Below the pieces are notes generated by a model. The model worked only from the letters and a program-made list of their open reading frames with translations, searched no databases and was not told where the DNA came from. A program made the translations under genes and the position numbers. DNA of 33,556 bases. Origin: Candidatus Iainarchaeum sp. (GTDB taxonomy: Archaea; Iainarchaeota; Iainarchaeia; Iainarchaeales; JAFGBZ01). Location: NCBI GenBank assembly GCA_016932875.1, contig JAFGBZ010000062.1, positions 1 through 33,556 on the forward strand, given 5' to 3'. Shown one piece after another: positions 1 to 9,508 of this stretch (position 1 is the stretch's first letter; the number at the start of each line of letters is the position of its first letter).

Positions 1-100
1 AATGGAAAAAATAATTAATGGAAAACAAATTGCATTCAATGCAACTGTTTCTGAATACAAAAAAGAACTTGAACTTATTTTAAGTGAATTAATTGCTTGA
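1..100 (+). CDS. 3' end of a CDS probably truncated by the window edge, possibly an OB-fold protein
   Basis: Frame 2 is open from base 2: MEKIINGKQIAFNATVSEYKKELELILSELIA, TGA at 98-100, overlapping the next start. The 'V.EYK.ELELI' tail resembles OB-fold C-termini. Confidence 0.5.
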   Translation, partial: MEKIINGKQIAFNATVSEYKKELELILSELIA

Positions 101-1283
101 AATTCTTTTATTTATTTTAATTGGATGCATTATTGGATGCTTTACAGGACTTGTTCCAGGAATTCATTCAAATAATTTAGTTTTATTAATTTTTTTATTT
201 GCAGGTTTTCCTGCAATGAATGCATGCGCGCTTATTTTAAGCGCTGCATTAACTCATTCATTTGTTGATTCAATTCCTTCAATTCTTTTAGGCGCACCGG
301 AAGAAGAAACGGTTTTTTCTGCTTTAGCAGGACACAAATTTTTTTTAGAAGGAAATGGAGTACAAGCAATTCATTTAACTGTAATAGGAGGATTTGTTGC
401 AGGAATAATTTGTTTTTTCTTTGCAGGAATGTTTTTTCTTTTCATGAATAAATTTGAAGAATTAATTCCTTTGGTTATTCCGTTCATACTTATTTCTGTT
501 TTATTTCTCATGATTTTTGAAAAAAATAATTTAAATTCAATTAAATGGAATTTGACAATAATTTCTTTAAGCGGATTGCTCGGAGTAATTTCACTTAATG
601 CAGGAACTGGTTTTGCTTTAATGGCTGGAATAAGCGGTTTGTTTGGAGCAAGCAATGCATTTTATTCACTTTTATTTCCTCCTAAAATAAAGGAACAAAA
701 AAAAGAAACAACTGAAATTAAACTAAATGAATGCATTAAATGGAGTTCTTTCAGCGCATTATTTGGTTTTTTTACTGCACTGCTTCCTGCAATAACTTCA
801 GGACAATCAAGTTTGATTGCAGGAAAGCTTTCTAAAATGAATGCAGAAAATTACTTGATTTTTTCAGGGGGGATTAATACTTCAGCACAGTTAATGAGCT
901 TAATAGTGTTTTATGCAATTGGAAAAACAAGAACAGGGACTGCTTTAGGAATAAGCCAATTAATTGAACTTGATTTAATGCAATTAATTGAATTAAGTTT
1001 AATTGCATTAATTGTTTTAGGAATTGCTGCAATGCTTACTGAATTTCTTGCATTAAAAGCAATTAATTCAATGAATAAAATAAATTACTCTTATCTTAAT
1101 TTAACCGTTATTTTTCTTTTAACTGTTTTTTCTTTTTTCTTTGCAGGAATTAACGGATTAATTTTATTCTTTACTTCAAGCGCAACAGGAGTTTTATGCA
1201 TTTCCCTTGGAATAAGAAAAAGCAATTTAATGGCTTTTCTCTTAATACCAACAATTTTAATTTATTTGAACATAATTATTTGA
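93..1283 (+). CDS. Tripartite tricarboxylate transporter TctA-like (DUF112) membrane protein
   Basis: 396-aa polytopic membrane protein. Motifs G.FTGLVPGIH.N and F.D.IPSILLGAP.E are typical of archaeal TctA-like proteins. TTG start. Confidence 0.8.
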   Translation: MLEILLFILIGCIIGCFTGLVPGIHSNNLVLLIFLFAGFPAMNACALILSAALTHSFVDSIPSILLGAPEEETVFSALAGHKFFLEGNGVQAIHLTVIGGFVAGIICFFFAGMFFLFMNKFEELIPLVIPFILISVLFLMIFEKNNLNSIKWNLTIISLSGLLGVISLNAGTGFALMAGISGLFGASNAFYSLLFPPKIKEQKKETTEIKLNECIKWSSFSALFGFFTALLPAITSGQSSLIAGKLSKMNAENYLIFSGGINTSAQLMSLIVFYAIGKTRTGTALGISQLIELDLMQLIELSLIALIVLGIAAMLTEFLALKAINSMNKINYSYLNLTVIFLLTVFSFFFAGINGLILFFTSSATGVLCISLGIRKSNLMAFLLIPTILIYLNIII

Positions 1284-1652
1284 ATGATTAAACTAAAAAA
1301 ATCAGTTATAGATGATTTGCTTTTGGCTGCAAGGAATACTTATCCCAATGAGTTTTTTGCTTATCTTGGTGGGGATAAAAAAACAAATACAGTTGATGAA
1401 TTTATTTTAGCGCCAGCAGTGTATGGAAAAACATTTGTAATGATTAAAGAATATCTTATGCCTTTTGATTCAAGAATAATGGGAAGCATTCATTCGCATC
1501 CGGGAAAAAGTAATTTTCCTTCAAAAGCTGATGTGAATTCATTTGGAAAAAAAGGAGAAATACATTTAATAATCGCTTTTCCTTATACTTTAAACAGCAT
1601 TCAAGCATATGATGAAAAAGGAATTAAAACAGAATTTGAATTAATTGAATGA
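1284..1652 (+). CDS. JAMM/MPN+ (Mov34/JAB) metalloprotease
   Basis: YPNE near the N-terminus plus the JAMM motif HSHP-x5-PS-x2-D (HSHPGKSNFPSKAD). Confidence 0.88.
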   Translation: MIKLKKSVIDDLLLAARNTYPNEFFAYLGGDKKTNTVDEFILAPAVYGKTFVMIKEYLMPFDSRIMGSIHSHPGKSNFPSKADVNSFGKKGEIHLIIAFPYTLNSIQAYDEKGIKTEFELIE

Positions 1653-1704
1653 AAAACTAAAGGAATTAAAAAAAATAATTATTAAATAAATTAAAGGGAT
1701 TAAA

Positions 1705-3204
1705 TTGAATAAAGTAATTCTGATTGTAATGGATGGATTAGGATTAGCAAAAAAAGATAAAGGAAACTGTGTTGCAATGGCAAAAACTCCCTGCTTAAAT
1801 TGGATGAAAACCCAGAATTTTACTCAAATAAATGCTTCAGGTGAAGCAGTTGGACTAAGCAAAGGAATTCAAGGAAATTCAGAAGTAGGACATCTTACTA
1901 TGGGAGCAGGAAGAATTGTTTTACAACCATTAGAAAAAATAAATCATGCAATAAAAAATAAATCTTTTTACAAAAACAAGGAATTAATTAAAGCAATTAA
2001 TTATGCTAAAAAAAATAATTCATCACTTCATTTAATTGGAATGATTTCAGATGAAGGAGTGCATTCACATTTAAATCATTTAAATGCATTGCTTGAACTG
2101 GCAGAAAAATTAAAGCAAAAAAAAGTATTTGTTCATGCAATAACTGACGGAAGAGATGTAGCAGAAAAAAGCGCTGAAAAATATATTAAAAAAATTGAAT
2201 CAAATTGCAAAAAACTGAAATTAGGAAAAATTGCTTCAGTCTGCGGAAGATTTTATGCAATGGACAGAGACAATAATTGGAACAGAACAAAAAAAGCATT
2301 TGAATTAATCACAGAAGGAAAAGGAATCAAAGAAGAAAATGCATTAAAAGCAGTAAAAAATGCATATGAAAAAGGAACTGAAACAGATTATTATATTGAA
2401 CCAATAATAGTTGATGAAAAAGGAATAATAAAAGAAAAAGATTCAGTTATTTTTTTTAATTATAGAACAGATAGGCCAAGACAATTAAGTCTTGCTTTAA
2501 CTTCAAAAAAATTTAATTATTTTAAAAGAAATAAGTTTCCAAAAATTCATTTTACTTCAATGACTCAGTATTCAAAAGAAATTCCTGCCTCATTTGCTTT
2601 TAAAGAAGAAAAAATAAAAAACAATTTAGGAGAAACTCTTGCAAGGAATAAATTAAAGCAGTTAAGAATTGCTGAAACAGAAAAATACGCGCATGTAACT
2701 TATTTCTTTAATTCACAGAAAGAAAAACCATTGAAAGGAGAAACAAGAATTTTAATTCCTTCACTGAAAGATAAATCATATGATTTGCATCCGAAAATGA
2801 GCGCTGAAAAAATAACTGAAACTGCGTTAAAAGAAATCAGAAAACAAAAATTTGATTTTATTTTAATCAATTACGCTAACTGTGATTTAGTAGGGCACAG
2901 CGCTAAAATTCCTGCAGTAATTAAAGCAGTTGAAACAGTTGATTCTGAAACATGTAAAATAATTCATGAAGCAGAAAAAAATAATTATATTTCAGTTGTA
3001 ACTGCAGATCATGGAAGCGCTGAAGAAAAACTTTATCCTAATGGAAAACCTAAGCCAGCTCATTCAAGCAATCCAATTCCATTCATTATAATAGGAAAAA
3101 AAGTGAATTTAAGAAAAGGCGGTTTAAAGGATGTTGCGCCAACAATACTTAAATTAATGAATTTAAAGAAACCAAAAGAAATGAGTGGAAAAACACTCTT
3201 TTAG
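1705..3204 (+). CDS. gpmI: 2,3-bisphosphoglycerate-independent phosphoglycerate mutase
   Basis: Motifs LIVMDG, GNSEVGH, GVHSH, GRFYAMDRD, AETEKYAHVTYFF, D.VGH and TADHG. Confidence 0.95.
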   Translation: MNKVILIVMDGLGLAKKDKGNCVAMAKTPCLNWMKTQNFTQINASGEAVGLSKGIQGNSEVGHLTMGAGRIVLQPLEKINHAIKNKSFYKNKELIKAINYAKKNNSSLHLIGMISDEGVHSHLNHLNALLELAEKLKQKKVFVHAITDGRDVAEKSAEKYIKKIESNCKKLKLGKIASVCGRFYAMDRDNNWNRTKKAFELITEGKGIKEENALKAVKNAYEKGTETDYYIEPIIVDEKGIIKEKDSVIFFNYRTDRPRQLSLALTSKKFNYFKRNKFPKIHFTSMTQYSKEIPASFAFKEEKIKNNLGETLARNKLKQLRIAETEKYAHVTYFFNSQKEKPLKGETRILIPSLKDKSYDLHPKMSAEKITETALKEIRKQKFDFILINYANCDLVGHSAKIPAVIKAVETVDSETCKIIHEAEKNNYISVVTADHGSAEEKLYPNGKPKPAHSSNPIPFIIIGKKVNLRKGGLKDVAPTILKLMNLKKPKEMSGKTLF

Positions 3205-3243
3205 AAAAGTATTTAATTGAATTAAATCTTATATGATTTCATT

Positions 3244-3633
3244 ATGAATAAAGGACAAATAAGTTTTGATTTTATTTTTGCCTTGCTTGTGGCAATATCG
3301 CTTATTTCAGCTTTAGCAGTAATAACACAGGATATTGCAGAACAGCAGAAAAATGCAAGCATTACTGCACAGGCAAAAAAAATTTCACTGGAAGTTGCAA
3401 GAATTGTTTCATTAAAAGAAACAATTGAAGATTATGATTATACTTTATCATATTATATTCCAAAAATAAATGTTCCAGGAGAAAGAATTCAAATGGACTG
3501 TGAAATAAATGTTGCAGGAAACAGCGTTACAGTAACTGCAGGAAGCATTACTGCTTCAACTCCAATTCAAAGAAACGGGCTTTCAAATCCATTGACTTTT
3601 AACTGTGGAAATAAAATGGAGCTGAATAAATGA
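3244..3633 (+). CDS. Type IV pilin-like protein with class III signal peptide
   Basis: N-terminus MNKG/QISFDF followed by a hydrophobic helix. Confidence 0.75.
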   Translation: MNKGQISFDFIFALLVAISLISALAVITQDIAEQQKNASITAQAKKISLEVARIVSLKETIEDYDYTLSYYIPKINVPGERIQMDCEINVAGNSVTVTAGSITASTPIQRNGLSNPLTFNCGNKMELNK

Positions 3634-4094
3634 ATAAAGGACAAATTTTTTCATTGGATTTTATTATTGCTGCAGGAGTAGTATTGCTTGCATTAGCAGT
3701 AGTGATTAATTCAATTGAATCAGTTTCATTTAATTCAAGCACAATGTTTTATCAAGATGAATTACAGTATGTTGCAATGACTGCAGGAGACAGATTTATT
3801 TCAAGCGCAAGCCCGTGCAAATATAATGGAGTAAATGTAAAGAACTGTGTGTATATGAATCTATTATGGGTTCCTTCAGCAAAAATAAATAAAACAAAAT
3901 TAGGGATTCCAGATGAATACTCTTACACAATTAAACAAACAGAAAAAAGAAATTACTTTGACGGAATTTCAGCTGAACCAGAAGATAAATCAGTTTATTC
4001 AATTACAAGAATTTATCTGCAAGCAGGTTCTCTGAATCCTGATTTAAGTTCATTAACTGATTCAGTTATTACTTTCAGGGTGTGGAAAACATGA
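3630..4094 (+). CDS. Type IV pilin-like protein with class III signal peptide
   Basis: N-terminus MNKG/QIFSLDF plus hydrophobic helix. ATGA overlap with the previous gene. Confidence 0.75.
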   Translation: MNKGQIFSLDFIIAAGVVLLALAVVINSIESVSFNSSTMFYQDELQYVAMTAGDRFISSASPCKYNGVNVKNCVYMNLLWVPSAKINKTKLGIPDEYSYTIKQTEKRNYFDGISAEPEDKSVYSITRIYLQAGSLNPDLSSLTDSVITFRVWKT

Positions 4095-4387
4095 AAAAAG
4101 GATTTGCTTTTGTTTTTGACGCACTTGCAGCAATAATTGTTGCATCAGTTTTAATAACAGCAATTACTTCAATGAATCCAAAACAAAATGAATCAAATGC
4201 ATTGCTTGCTTCTCAGCCGACTGCATTAGATGCAGCAACAGTGAAAATACATAAAACTTCACTTAATCAAAGTGTTTTAACTGAAGCACAAATTTCAACT
4301 GATGATGGAAATTTAATGTCTTGTGAGGAAACAATAAAATATAATGGAAGCAATTCAAGTGAAATAATTTGCAGAGTGATTAATTAA
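4091..4387 (+). CDS. Type IV pilin-like protein with class III signal peptide
   Basis: Start moved to ATG 4091 (ATGA overlap with the upstream stop), giving MKKG/FAFVFD plus hydrophobic helix. Confidence 0.7.
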   Translation: MKKGFAFVFDALAAIIVASVLITAITSMNPKQNESNALLASQPTALDAATVKIHKTSLNQSVLTEAQISTDDGNLMSCEETIKYNGSNSSEIICRVIN

Positions 4388-4809
4388 TGAATAAAGGAAT
4401 GTTTTCAGCAATGCTTGCAGTTGCAGCAGTAATAGTGCTTGCCTCAACTGCATTTATTTCACAGGCAAAAATGCAGTTAACTGAATCAGAAGCATTTGCT
4501 CAAAGCATAAATAAAGTGAATTCAGTATGGCAGAATAATTATTTTGAAATAAAAGAAGTGCTTGAAAGAAATTCAAATTTTGATTTATTAACAGGAAACT
4601 GCATAGTGAATTCAAATGCAATAAATTCTTTCCTCATTGAAAGCAATGAAATAACTGGGATTGAATGCAGTGCATCAGAAATTTCTGTTTCAGGACTCAC
4701 AATCACTTTTACTTTAACTTGTGAAAAGACTTTCCCTGGAAGCATTGAAAAACAAAATTTAATCAGAATTAAAAAAGAAAATGTTTCTCATTCAATTTCA
4801 TGCAGTTAA
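4387..4809 (+). CDS. Type IV pilin-like protein with class III signal peptide
   Basis: N-terminus MNKG/MFSAML plus hydrophobic helix. TAATG coupling with the previous gene. Confidence 0.65.
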   Translation: MNKGMFSAMLAVAAVIVLASTAFISQAKMQLTESEAFAQSINKVNSVWQNNYFEIKEVLERNSNFDLLTGNCIVNSNAINSFLIESNEITGIECSASEISVSGLTITFTLTCEKTFPGSIEKQNLIRIKKENVSHSISCS

Positions 4810-4814
4810 AGAAA

Positions 4815-6164
4815 TTAAATTAATTTTCTGTATTTATTTAATCCTGTTCCATACTGAATTGCTTTCTTTTTTCTTTCAATAGCTGTTTTTGAAACCCCGA
4901 ATTCTTTTCCTAATTCTCTTATTGGATGTTTTCTTAATTCATCTGAAATCGAATAAATTTTTTTTTCAGCAGAAAAAGCAACAGCTTTTTTTACAAACTC
5001 TAAATCAAGCAAAGGAGCATTAAAATTCAAATTAAATTTAGATGAAATCATTTCCTCGCGATAAAAATTTCTTGCATGCATTACATCCAAAAAATAATAA
5101 ATCTGCTCTTGAACCCCTAAATAACCTTTATTCTGTAAAGCAGATTTGAATTCACTGTAACCGCAGAATAATTCATCGCTTCCCTGCCCGTTAAAAATAG
5201 TCTTGAATCCTTTATCTGAAACATTTTCTGCAAGAATAAATTCAGGCAAACCAATCTGCAACTGCATTTCATCAAAAAAATACAATGCTTTAAGGGTTTC
5301 AATAACTTTTAATTTTAAATCTTTTTCTTTCACTTCAATTAACTCTAAATCTAAATTCATTTCTTTAGCTGATTTTTTAGCATAAATTAAATCCTGCGAG
5401 CCTTTAATTCCAACAGAAAATAAAACAGTTTTTTTCACTTTATCACTTACTGCTTTAGCAATTAAAGAAGAATCAATTCCTCCGCTGAAAAAAATTCCTG
5501 CTTTAGAAACTCCTTTAGTTCTTAATTCAATTGAATCATTAAAAGAAGAAACTAATTCAGGAAAAGATGTTTTTGATTTGATTTTTTTTAAATCCTCAAA
5601 ATTAAATAATTTTTTTAATTCAAATTTTCCTTCACTGAATTCAAGCAAATGCCCTGCAGGAAGCATTAAAGGAAAAGAAATATCCAGTTTTCTTAAAGCG
5701 CGGGGCTCTGAAGCAACAGCAAAAAAATTCGAAGTTTCACCAAACCATAAAGGCTTTGCCCCTAAAAAATCATTGAAAAAAAAGAATTTATTTCCTGAAT
5801 TAAATGCAACAGCATATTCTCCTCTTGCAATTGAAACAAATTCATTTAATTCAATTAAATTATTAAAATCAATTTTTTCCAACTTATTTAATGCTTCTGA
5901 ATTAAATATTTTTCCAGTTAAATAAATTCCTTTTTTAATTAAAAAAGAATTTTCTTCAAACTCGTTTTTAAAACAATTAAATGCAATTCCTTCACTGCAA
6001 GAAAAATCTTTTTCATTTAATCCTTTCAAATTATTTGAATTAATTTTTTCTTTTCCATTTAATTCAAAGAAATCCAATCCTCTGTGTTTTTGAGAATACA
6101 GGAAATCAATTAAATGCATTTTAACAGGATTTTTCTTTGAATAAATGAATGAAACTGAAGCCAT
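4815..6164 (-). CDS. Asparagine synthetase B-like protein (degenerate Ntn glutaminase domain plus PP-loop synthetase domain)
   Basis: Motifs HRG.D, G.KPL, ASE, PP-loop FSGGIDSS, GQGSDELF.GY and R.KKAIQYG. ATG 6164 (MASVSF) is preferred over 6203 because it lies 22 nt from a TATA-like element. Confidence 0.8.
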   Translation of the reverse strand: MASVSFIYSKKNPVKMHLIDFLYSQKHRGLDFFELNGKEKINSNNLKGLNEKDFSCSEGIAFNCFKNEFEENSFLIKKGIYLTGKIFNSEALNKLEKIDFNNLIELNEFVSIARGEYAVAFNSGNKFFFFNDFLGAKPLWFGETSNFFAVASEPRALRKLDISFPLMLPAGHLLEFSEGKFELKKLFNFEDLKKIKSKTSFPELVSSFNDSIELRTKGVSKAGIFFSGGIDSSLIAKAVSDKVKKTVLFSVGIKGSQDLIYAKKSAKEMNLDLELIEVKEKDLKLKVIETLKALYFFDEMQLQIGLPEFILAENVSDKGFKTIFNGQGSDELFCGYSEFKSALQNKGYLGVQEQIYYFLDVMHARNFYREEMISSKFNLNFNAPLLDLEFVKKAVAFSAEKKIYSISDELRKHPIRELGKEFGVSKTAIERKKKAIQYGTGLNKYRKLI

Positions 6165-6216
6165 AAGAATGACTTTAGGAATTGGTTTTTTAATGGTTTT
6201 CATGCAAGATTAATTT

Positions 6217-6337
6217 ATGAATTTTTGTGATTGTCTCTGGAATTTATTCTGATGAATTCTCTAGGCATAGCACAAAACTTATTCTCTCAAATTTAATGCG
6301 TTCCATTTACTTCTGGCGCGAGCAGTTCTTTTTCTGA
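6217..6337 (+). promoter_or_regulatory. Putative trpB2 leader with three translationally coupled uORFs and a long hairpin
   Basis: 6217-6252 MNFCDCLWNLF*, TGATG junction, 6252-6296 MNSLGIAQNLFSQI*, TAATG junction, 6296-6337 MRSIYFWREQFFF*. Imperfect hairpin at 6223-6277. Confidence 0.5.
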
Positions 6338-6377
6338 TTCAAAAAAAAATTAAATTCAAAAAAAGGAGGAATAAAAA

Positions 6378-7649
6378 ATGGAATTTAATGAAATAACTTT
6401 AAGCAAAGAAGAACTGCCAAAAAATTACTATAATTTTATGGCTGATTTAGATAAACCAATGCCAATACCTAAAGGAGATATGAGCATTTTAGGAAAAGTT
6501 TTTGGTAAAAGCGTGCTGGAACAGGAAATGAGTCAAGAAAGGTTTATTCCTATTCCGCAGGAAGTAAGAGAAATTTATTCTCTTTTAGGAAGACCTACAC
6601 CAGTTTACAGGGCAAGAAGACTTGAAAAAAAACTGAACACGCCTGCAAAAATTTATTTTAAAAGAGAAGATGTTTCAGTTGTGGGCTCGCATAAAACAAA
6701 TACAGCAATAGCGCAGGCATATTACTGTAAAAAAGACGGCTTCACTCATTTAACAACTGAAACAGGAGCAGGATATTGGGGAAGCGCATTGGCTGTGGCA
6801 AGCACTTTATTTGATTTGAAATGCAAAGTATTCATGGTTTCAAGCAGCTATGAACAAAAGCCATACAAGAAATATTTAATGAAATTATTTGGAGCTGAAG
6901 TGATTTCTTCTCCTTCAAATAAAACAAAGTATGGAAAAAAAATTCTTGCAGAAAACCCAAATCATATTGGTTCATTAGGAATTGCAATAAGCGAAGCAAT
7001 GGAATTAGCGATGCAGGATGAAAAAACCGCTTACTGTCTGGGAAGTGTTTTAAACCATGTAATGATTCATCAATCAGTAATAGGACAAGAAGCAATAATT
7101 CAAATGCAGAAAGCAGATGATTTTCCTGATTCAATTATTGCATGCGTTGGAGGAGGAAGTAATTTTTCCGGAATTGCTTTTCCATTCATGCAGAAAAAAT
7201 TCAAAGACAAAGAAATTAATTTTACTGCAGTTGAACCAAAAGAAAGCGCTTCAATAACAAAAGGAAAATATGAATATGATTACGGCGACAGCTCAGGATT
7301 AACTCCTTTAATGAAAATGTATACGCTTGGAAAAGATTTTATTCCAGAACTGATTTTTGCACAAGGATTAAGATATCATGCAATGGCTCCAAGTTTATCA
7401 CATTTTGTAAAACAAGGAAAAATCAATGCAAAAGCATATGCACAAAAAGAAGTTTTTCTTGCAGCAAAAATTTTCAGTGAAACTCAAGGATTAGTTCCGG
7501 CGCCGGAATCAGCTCACGCAATAAAAGAAGCAATTGAACAAGCAATTGAATGCAAAAAAACAGGTGAAAGCAAAACAATTTTATTCAATTTAAGCGGACA
7601 CGGATTAATGGATTTGCCAGGATATGCAGAAGTATTAAACTTCAAATAA
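6378..7649 (+). CDS. trpB2: Tryptophan synthase beta chain, type 2 (TrpB2)
   Basis: Motifs GRPTP..RA..LE, PLP lysine GSHK.N, TTETGAGYWG, CVGGGSNF, GLRYH, PAPESAHA and NLSGHGL.D. Shine-Dalgarno AGGAGG at 6364-6369. Confidence 0.93.
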   Translation: MEFNEITLSKEELPKNYYNFMADLDKPMPIPKGDMSILGKVFGKSVLEQEMSQERFIPIPQEVREIYSLLGRPTPVYRARRLEKKLNTPAKIYFKREDVSVVGSHKTNTAIAQAYYCKKDGFTHLTTETGAGYWGSALAVASTLFDLKCKVFMVSSSYEQKPYKKYLMKLFGAEVISSPSNKTKYGKKILAENPNHIGSLGIAISEAMELAMQDEKTAYCLGSVLNHVMIHQSVIGQEAIIQMQKADDFPDSIIACVGGGSNFSGIAFPFMQKKFKDKEINFTAVEPKESASITKGKYEYDYGDSSGLTPLMKMYTLGKDFIPELIFAQGLRYHAMAPSLSHFVKQGKINAKAYAQKEVFLAAKIFSETQGLVPAPESAHAIKEAIEQAIECKKTGESKTILFNLSGHGLMDLPGYAEVLNFK

Positions 7650-7697
7650 GATATAAAATTAAATAAAAAAAGCAATAAAAATAATAAATTAAATTTT

Positions 7698-7725
7698 GAT
7701 AAGGGTTTAACCCTTATCTTTTTTT
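7698..7725. terminator. Hairpin between the convergent trpB2 and ABCE1 genes
   Basis: GATAAGGGT-TTA-ACCCTTATC (7698-7718) followed by a T run. Confidence 0.55.
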
Positions 7726-9508
7726 AGATTTTATAATAATATTCTCCTCGTTGTTTTTGTTCTCTGTCTTTAACTGAATTTAATTTGTTTGCTCTTGGAC
7801 GTCCTGATTCAGGGTCTCTTCTGAAAGAAATATTCATTTGATTCAAAAATGAATTCATTCCTTCATGCATTGCAACAGGTTTTCCTGCAAATCCTTTTTC
7901 TGAAGGATTACCTGAAAAAACCATTAATCTATCTGAAACATGGTCAATGAATAAAATATCATGATCAACAATGAAAGCTGTTTTGTTTTTTTCATCAATT
8001 ACTCCACGGATTGTTTCAGCCATTGCAACCCTGTCTTCAGCATCAACAAAAGCGCTTGGTTCATCCAATAAAAGCAAATCATATTCACTTCGGGTTAAGG
8101 CAAGGGAAACAGCAACTTTTTGTAATTCGCCACCGCTTAATTGTTCTACTTTTTTTTCACTTAACTCACTTACATTCAAGCGCCTGTCAATCTGGGTTTT
8201 AAATAATTGAGTATCAACATGATTTTTATCAAATAATTCCTGCACAGAAATATCTTTTTCAGGAATAATATACTGAGGTTTATATGAAACCTTTAATCCA
8301 AGAGAAACATCTTGTTCATCAGCTTTTTCAACGCCTGCAAGAATTTTAACAAAAGTTGTTTTACCAATTGCATTAGGGCCTAAAATTCCTACTGCTTCAG
8401 CGCGAAATAATTTTCCTTCTTCAACTTCAAGAGAAAAACCATTAAAAGATTTTTTAAAAGAAGGATAATTTCCTAATAAAGTTTTCTTTTTATAATCAGC
8501 CGGAGGCCTTACAGAAAACTTTAATTCATATCCACGGAATTTTAAATTTTCATCTTTAATAAATCCATCCAAAAATTCATTTATTCCATTTCTGGTTGAT
8601 TTAGGATTTGAAACAACACCATAAACTGCTGGTTTTCCAAAAACAATATGAACTAAATCGCTTAAATAATCCAGTAAAGCTAAATCATGTTCAATTACAA
8701 TAACTGAAGTATTTTCATTTGCTAAAGAAGAAATTAATTCAGCTGCTTTTAATCTCTGGGAAACATCCAAATAACTTGAAGGTTCATCAAAAGCATAAAT
8801 ATCAGCTTTTTTTCCTGCAGCAGCAGCAATTGAAACTCGTTGTAATTCTCCTCCGCTTAAATTCTTTAAATCACGTTCAAGAATTTTTTCCAGTTCAAGT
8901 TTTGAAATTAATTCAGTTAAATTATTTTTTTCATTTGATTTCTTTAATAAATCATAAACTTTTCCTTTAATCATTTCAGGAAGCAAATCAATATTTTGAG
9001 GTTTAAAAGAAATTTTAATTCCTTTTTCTTTTAATTGTTTGAAAAACAGTGAAAGTTCTTTTCCTGCAAAAAAATCAATTACTTTATCCAAAGAAGCTTT
9101 TTCTTTATAATTACCTAAATTAGGAATTAAGCTTCCACTTAAAATATTTAATAAAGTACTTTTACCTAAACCATTTTTTCCGATTAAACCAACCACTTCA
9201 CCTTTTTTAGGATAAGGCATTCTGTAAACTCTGAAAGAATTTTTTCCAAACTGATGCAAGGGTTGAGATAAATTAGCAGTTAAATTAATTATTGAAATAG
9301 CTTTACGCGGGCATTTATTAGAACAAATCTGGCAGGCAGTGCATAATTCCTCTGAAATAATTGGACGATTTTTTTCCTTATCCTCAATAATGCATTGAGC
9401 TCCCTGCCTGTTAATAGGACAAAGTCTAATGCAAAGGAAATTTCCACAGCTTTCAGGAGAACATTTATTGTAATCAATTACAGCTAAGCGTTTTCTTTCG
9501 TCAGACAT
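7724..9508 (-). CDS. rli: Ribosome recycling ATPase ABCE1/Rli1
   Basis: N-terminal Fe-S cysteines (C..C..CP and C..C..C...CP), two ABC cassettes with LSGGELQ signatures, C-terminal RRD..SGRPRANK. Confidence 0.96.
   Translation of the reverse strand: MSDERKRLAVIDYNKCSPESCGNFLCIRLCPINRQGAQCIIEDKEKNRPIISEELCTACQICSNKCPRKAISIINLTANLSQPLHQFGKNSFRVYRMPYPKKGEVVGLIGKNGLGKSTLLNILSGSLIPNLGNYKEKASLDKVIDFFAGKELSLFFKQLKEKGIKISFKPQNIDLLPEMIKGKVYDLLKKSNEKNNLTELISKLELEKILERDLKNLSGGELQRVSIAAAAGKKADIYAFDEPSSYLDVSQRLKAAELISSLANENTSVIVIEHDLALLDYLSDLVHIVFGKPAVYGVVSNPKSTRNGINEFLDGFIKDENLKFRGYELKFSVRPPADYKKKTLLGNYPSFKKSFNGFSLEVEEGKLFRAEAVGILGPNAIGKTTFVKILAGVEKADEQDVSLGLKVSYKPQYIIPEKDISVQELFDKNHVDTQLFKTQIDRRLNVSELSEKKVEQLSGGELQKVAVSLALTRSEYDLLLLDEPSAFVDAEDRVAMAETIRGVIDEKNKTAFIVDHDILFIDHVSDRLMVFSGNPSEKGFAGKPVAMHEGMNSFLNQMNISFRRDPESGRPRANKLNSVKDREQKQRGEYYYKI

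Noticed and set aside
6250-6337. Possible C/D box sRNA (TGATGA at 6250-6255, CTGA at 6334-6337)
   Set aside because: The span of about 88 nt is longer than typical archaeal C/D guides and no clear internal D'/C' pair is visible. It remains a weaker alternative to the uORF reading.
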